Below, in pieces: positions 61,341 through 64,000 of a stretch of DNA of 64,000 nucleotides. This stretch comes from the human T2T-CHM13v2.0 reference genome, Homo sapiens. The stretch is taken from NCBI RefSeq assembly GCF_009914755.1, contig NC_060930.1; one strand, 5' to 3'. The translations under genes were made by a program, and so were the position numbers. Position 1 is the first letter of the stretch; each line of letters starts with the position of its first letter. Below the pieces are notes generated by a model. It was not told the origin of the DNA. It worked only from the letters and a program-made list of their open reading frames with translations, and made no database searches.

Positions 61341-62834
61341 GTAAGCAGTAGTACTTAGATAGATCTGACAATTCTCAATTATTCAAGATGGTTTTTCAAT
61401 GTGTAGATTTGTATATTTTATCTACTCCAGTTTTGCTCCCCCTCCCATCCCTACCTCACAAGTGTACAAACATCTATAATCCAGATATAAATTTGTAATA
61501 TTCTTCATCTGGTCAAACTCAGGAAAAACTGCACAAGTCAAAGTAAAATTCTACTGAATCATATACACAATTCCCTTCCTATTAGTACCTCCATTGGGCC
61601 AGGTTTAGGTGGGCTCCAGGTTTATTAAGATGTCAGATAGGCAGGAGAGTAGTGTGAAAAAGTTAAAGAATGGGGGTGGGAGGGTGCTGCTGATGGAAAG
61701 CATATATCTCTTTCACTCCATCCTCCCCTTCTCTCACACCAAGTCTGTGGCCCTGGAATCACCTGTCTGGGTCTCAACGACTCTCTGTCAAGCAGAGATC
61801 ATATTGGGAAAAGCAAAGAGGTCTGGAAATGGAAGTGCTTTAGCTTCACTCATGTAAGGGATCATTTTAATGTGGACAATCCTTCTCTGAATTATCCAGT
61901 ACAGACTAGATCTGCAGGATAGTTTGTTTACCAGATCCTGGCCAGGAAGAGCAAGCTCGTTCCCTGATTCTCAGGGCAGCACCATAGGTGCCTCTTTAAG
62001 ATCATAGCCCTGAAAGTGTTTTCAGTTTAGAGTGGACATGGTAAATTACTTCCTCTCTTTTCTAAGACATAAAAGATTTTTTGAGTTTTTAACAGAGGGC
62101 TCTCCTACTCTGAGTGGTTTCACTGGTGAATGGTAAGCTACTTTACTATGACCTTTTTAAATATTCAGCATATTACCTGACCCAGAACAACATTTCTGAG
62201 ATCTGAACTGCAGTCTTCTCTTGCATACTAGTTGTCACTGTAAATACACATGTAAAATCATACCAGGGTAAGCTACAACCCAGACAAACCATGAGCCTAT
62301 AAAATAGAAGGCTAAACCATAACCTGCTTTTCGAGACCCCCCCTACAGCCCTAAGAACTATCCAAGTAACCTGACAGTAGGAAAATCCACCTTAGGTGTG
62401 CCCAGGCATGATAATCCCAAAGACATAAATGGAGCAAAATAGGTTTTAAAGAATTCTTGCAACACTGAAGACTAGGAGCTAAGAAGAGTCTAAATAACCA
62501 TGCTCAGTGCCCAACCACCTGAAAAGTGGACTCCAGGGAAATTTTGTTGTTGTTATCCACCCCGCCCCAAGGGAAACATTTTATCTTTAATATTCAGGAG
62601 CAATAATAAAATATTTTGGCCACTGTTCTTCAAGGATTCCACAAGGCACTTAATTCTCATGTCAGGCTTTCTGAAATGCTTGCCCTGGAAAGTGTCACTT
62701 GATGGCTCACACACTCCTTGAGGATTAGGTGCTGACCCTAATTAGGCACAGGCAGAAATAGTTCAGGAATCCACATGCTCAGATTCATAACTATACTTTT
62801 TGTAAAAAATAAAAACATATAAAAAATGCCTTCT

Positions 62835-63138
62835 GGCTGGACAAGGTGGCTCACGCCTGTAATCCCAGCACTTTGAGAGGCTGAGTTGCGTAGATCGATT
62901 GAGGTCAGGGGCTGGAGACCAGCCTGGGCAACATGGTGAAACCCTATCTCTACTAAAAATACAAAAATTAGCCAGGAGTGGTGGCTCGCGCCTGCAGTCC
63001 CAGCTACTCGGGAGGCTGAGGCATAAGAATTGCTAGATCCCAGGAGAAGCTGCAGTGAGCTGAGATCGCACTGCTGCACCCAGATCTCCCCAGCCTGGGC
63101 AAGAGAGACTGTCTCAAAAAAAAAAAAAAAAAAAAAAG
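62835..63138 (+). mobile_element. AluS-like element
   Basis: Alu match. Confidence 0.92.
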
Positions 63139-63408
63139 GCCTTCTAGTGATCCTCAGAAATCCAAAAACCAGACAACTATGGCTTCCACTTCCATTTTTC
63201 AGATATCCATTATAATACTATTTGACCTCAAAGTGAATTTTATTGTTCCACACAAGCAACAGATTACACCAATTTCACAACTCCCAGAATCCAAACCTAC
63301 AAAGACCCTTCCCACCAAGCACTTTACCAAAAACGGGCTTCATCTCCATCTTCCTTTCTTTCACAGTTGAAAAACTGCCCTTCCTAATTAAGCCAACCAA
63401 CTTCTTAC

Positions 63409-63569
63409 CTCAATAAAATCCTTGTTTTTCAGTAGCACGTACAGTATTTCCAGTGATGAATAGTGAACTGTCTTTCGTCTCACACAGTAACCTCCGTGAA
63501 GAAGATCCACCTTGTTCTTTACTGTAGATTCCTGGCATGCTAACTGCATCCTCAGACAATTTTAAGTGA
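63409..63569 (-). other. Candidate alternative MRPL14 exon in intron 1 with in-frame upstream ATG
   Basis: Pyrimidine-rich acceptor (...ctcttgcctttctttgcctgagttttcag), donor GAG|gtaaga, ATG at 63549 open for 47 codons and in frame with the exon at 54087. Confidence 0.55.
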
Positions 63570-64000
63570 CTGAAAACTCAGGCAAAGAAAGGCAAGAGGG
63601 CAAATAGAAGGGCACAGGAGACAACGCTTTTCAAATTTTTCTCACTGCGACCTACAGAAACACACTGTAGAACACCTCCTAGTACACTCACACGTGTGTG
63701 TACACCTGAAGTGTCAAGAAACAATACCCTAAGTGCAACACCCTCTGATATTTTCTATTTCAAGTGGCCGTGATCTACTAAACTGATTTCCAACTCACCA
63801 ATAGGATTCAGTTTGAAAAACACTGCAATAAATCAAACCTTACAGTTGCATTCCACAAGCTACTAATGAACTCTTGAAAATCCAGCATACAGCAGAGACG
63901 CTGACCAACTACAAGATCCAAACCCCCCAGGTGGGCAGTGTCCTTCTGTTCAGCAGTGGCAGTTCCCCACCACCACCAGCCCTGAGAGTTAATTATCTCC

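Noticed and set aside
63600-64000. MRPL14 exon 1 / TMEM63B promoter
   Set aside because: No CpG island yet; it lies beyond the right edge of the window.

Overview
Primate (very probably human) genomic DNA that is gene-poor and repeat-rich. The only supportable protein-coding gene is MRPL14 (mitochondrial ribosomal protein uL14m) on the minus strand: coding exons 53999-54069 and 51300-51666 splice to an intact 145-aa ORF, and the first exon and promoter lie beyond the right edge. From memory this is chr6p21.1, distal to VEGFA and just before the MRPL14/TMEM63B promoter. The window also holds an RPL29 processed pseudogene inserted in a MIR, about 30 Alu/FLAM/FRAM copies, L1/L2/MIR/MER/LTR relics, two CpG islands (~10.6-11.3 kb, ~14.0-14.3 kb) and a 38-39-bp VNTR. 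Most notable observations: (1) a candidate cassette exon at 63409-63569 that would add an in-frame 53-aa N-terminal extension ahead of the MRPL14 presequence; (2) an apparently L2-derived VNTR with ~11 AP-1 sites plus an older inverted copy of the same array; (3) a ~53-bp near-exact duplication carrying HRE/E-box motifs; (4) divergent CTCF motifs suggesting a domain boundary; (5) four tightly spaced head-to-head Alu pairs. I found no evidence of a novel protein-coding system, and nearly all six-frame ORFs are spurious. Repeat boundaries and subfamilies were called by eye and are approximate.
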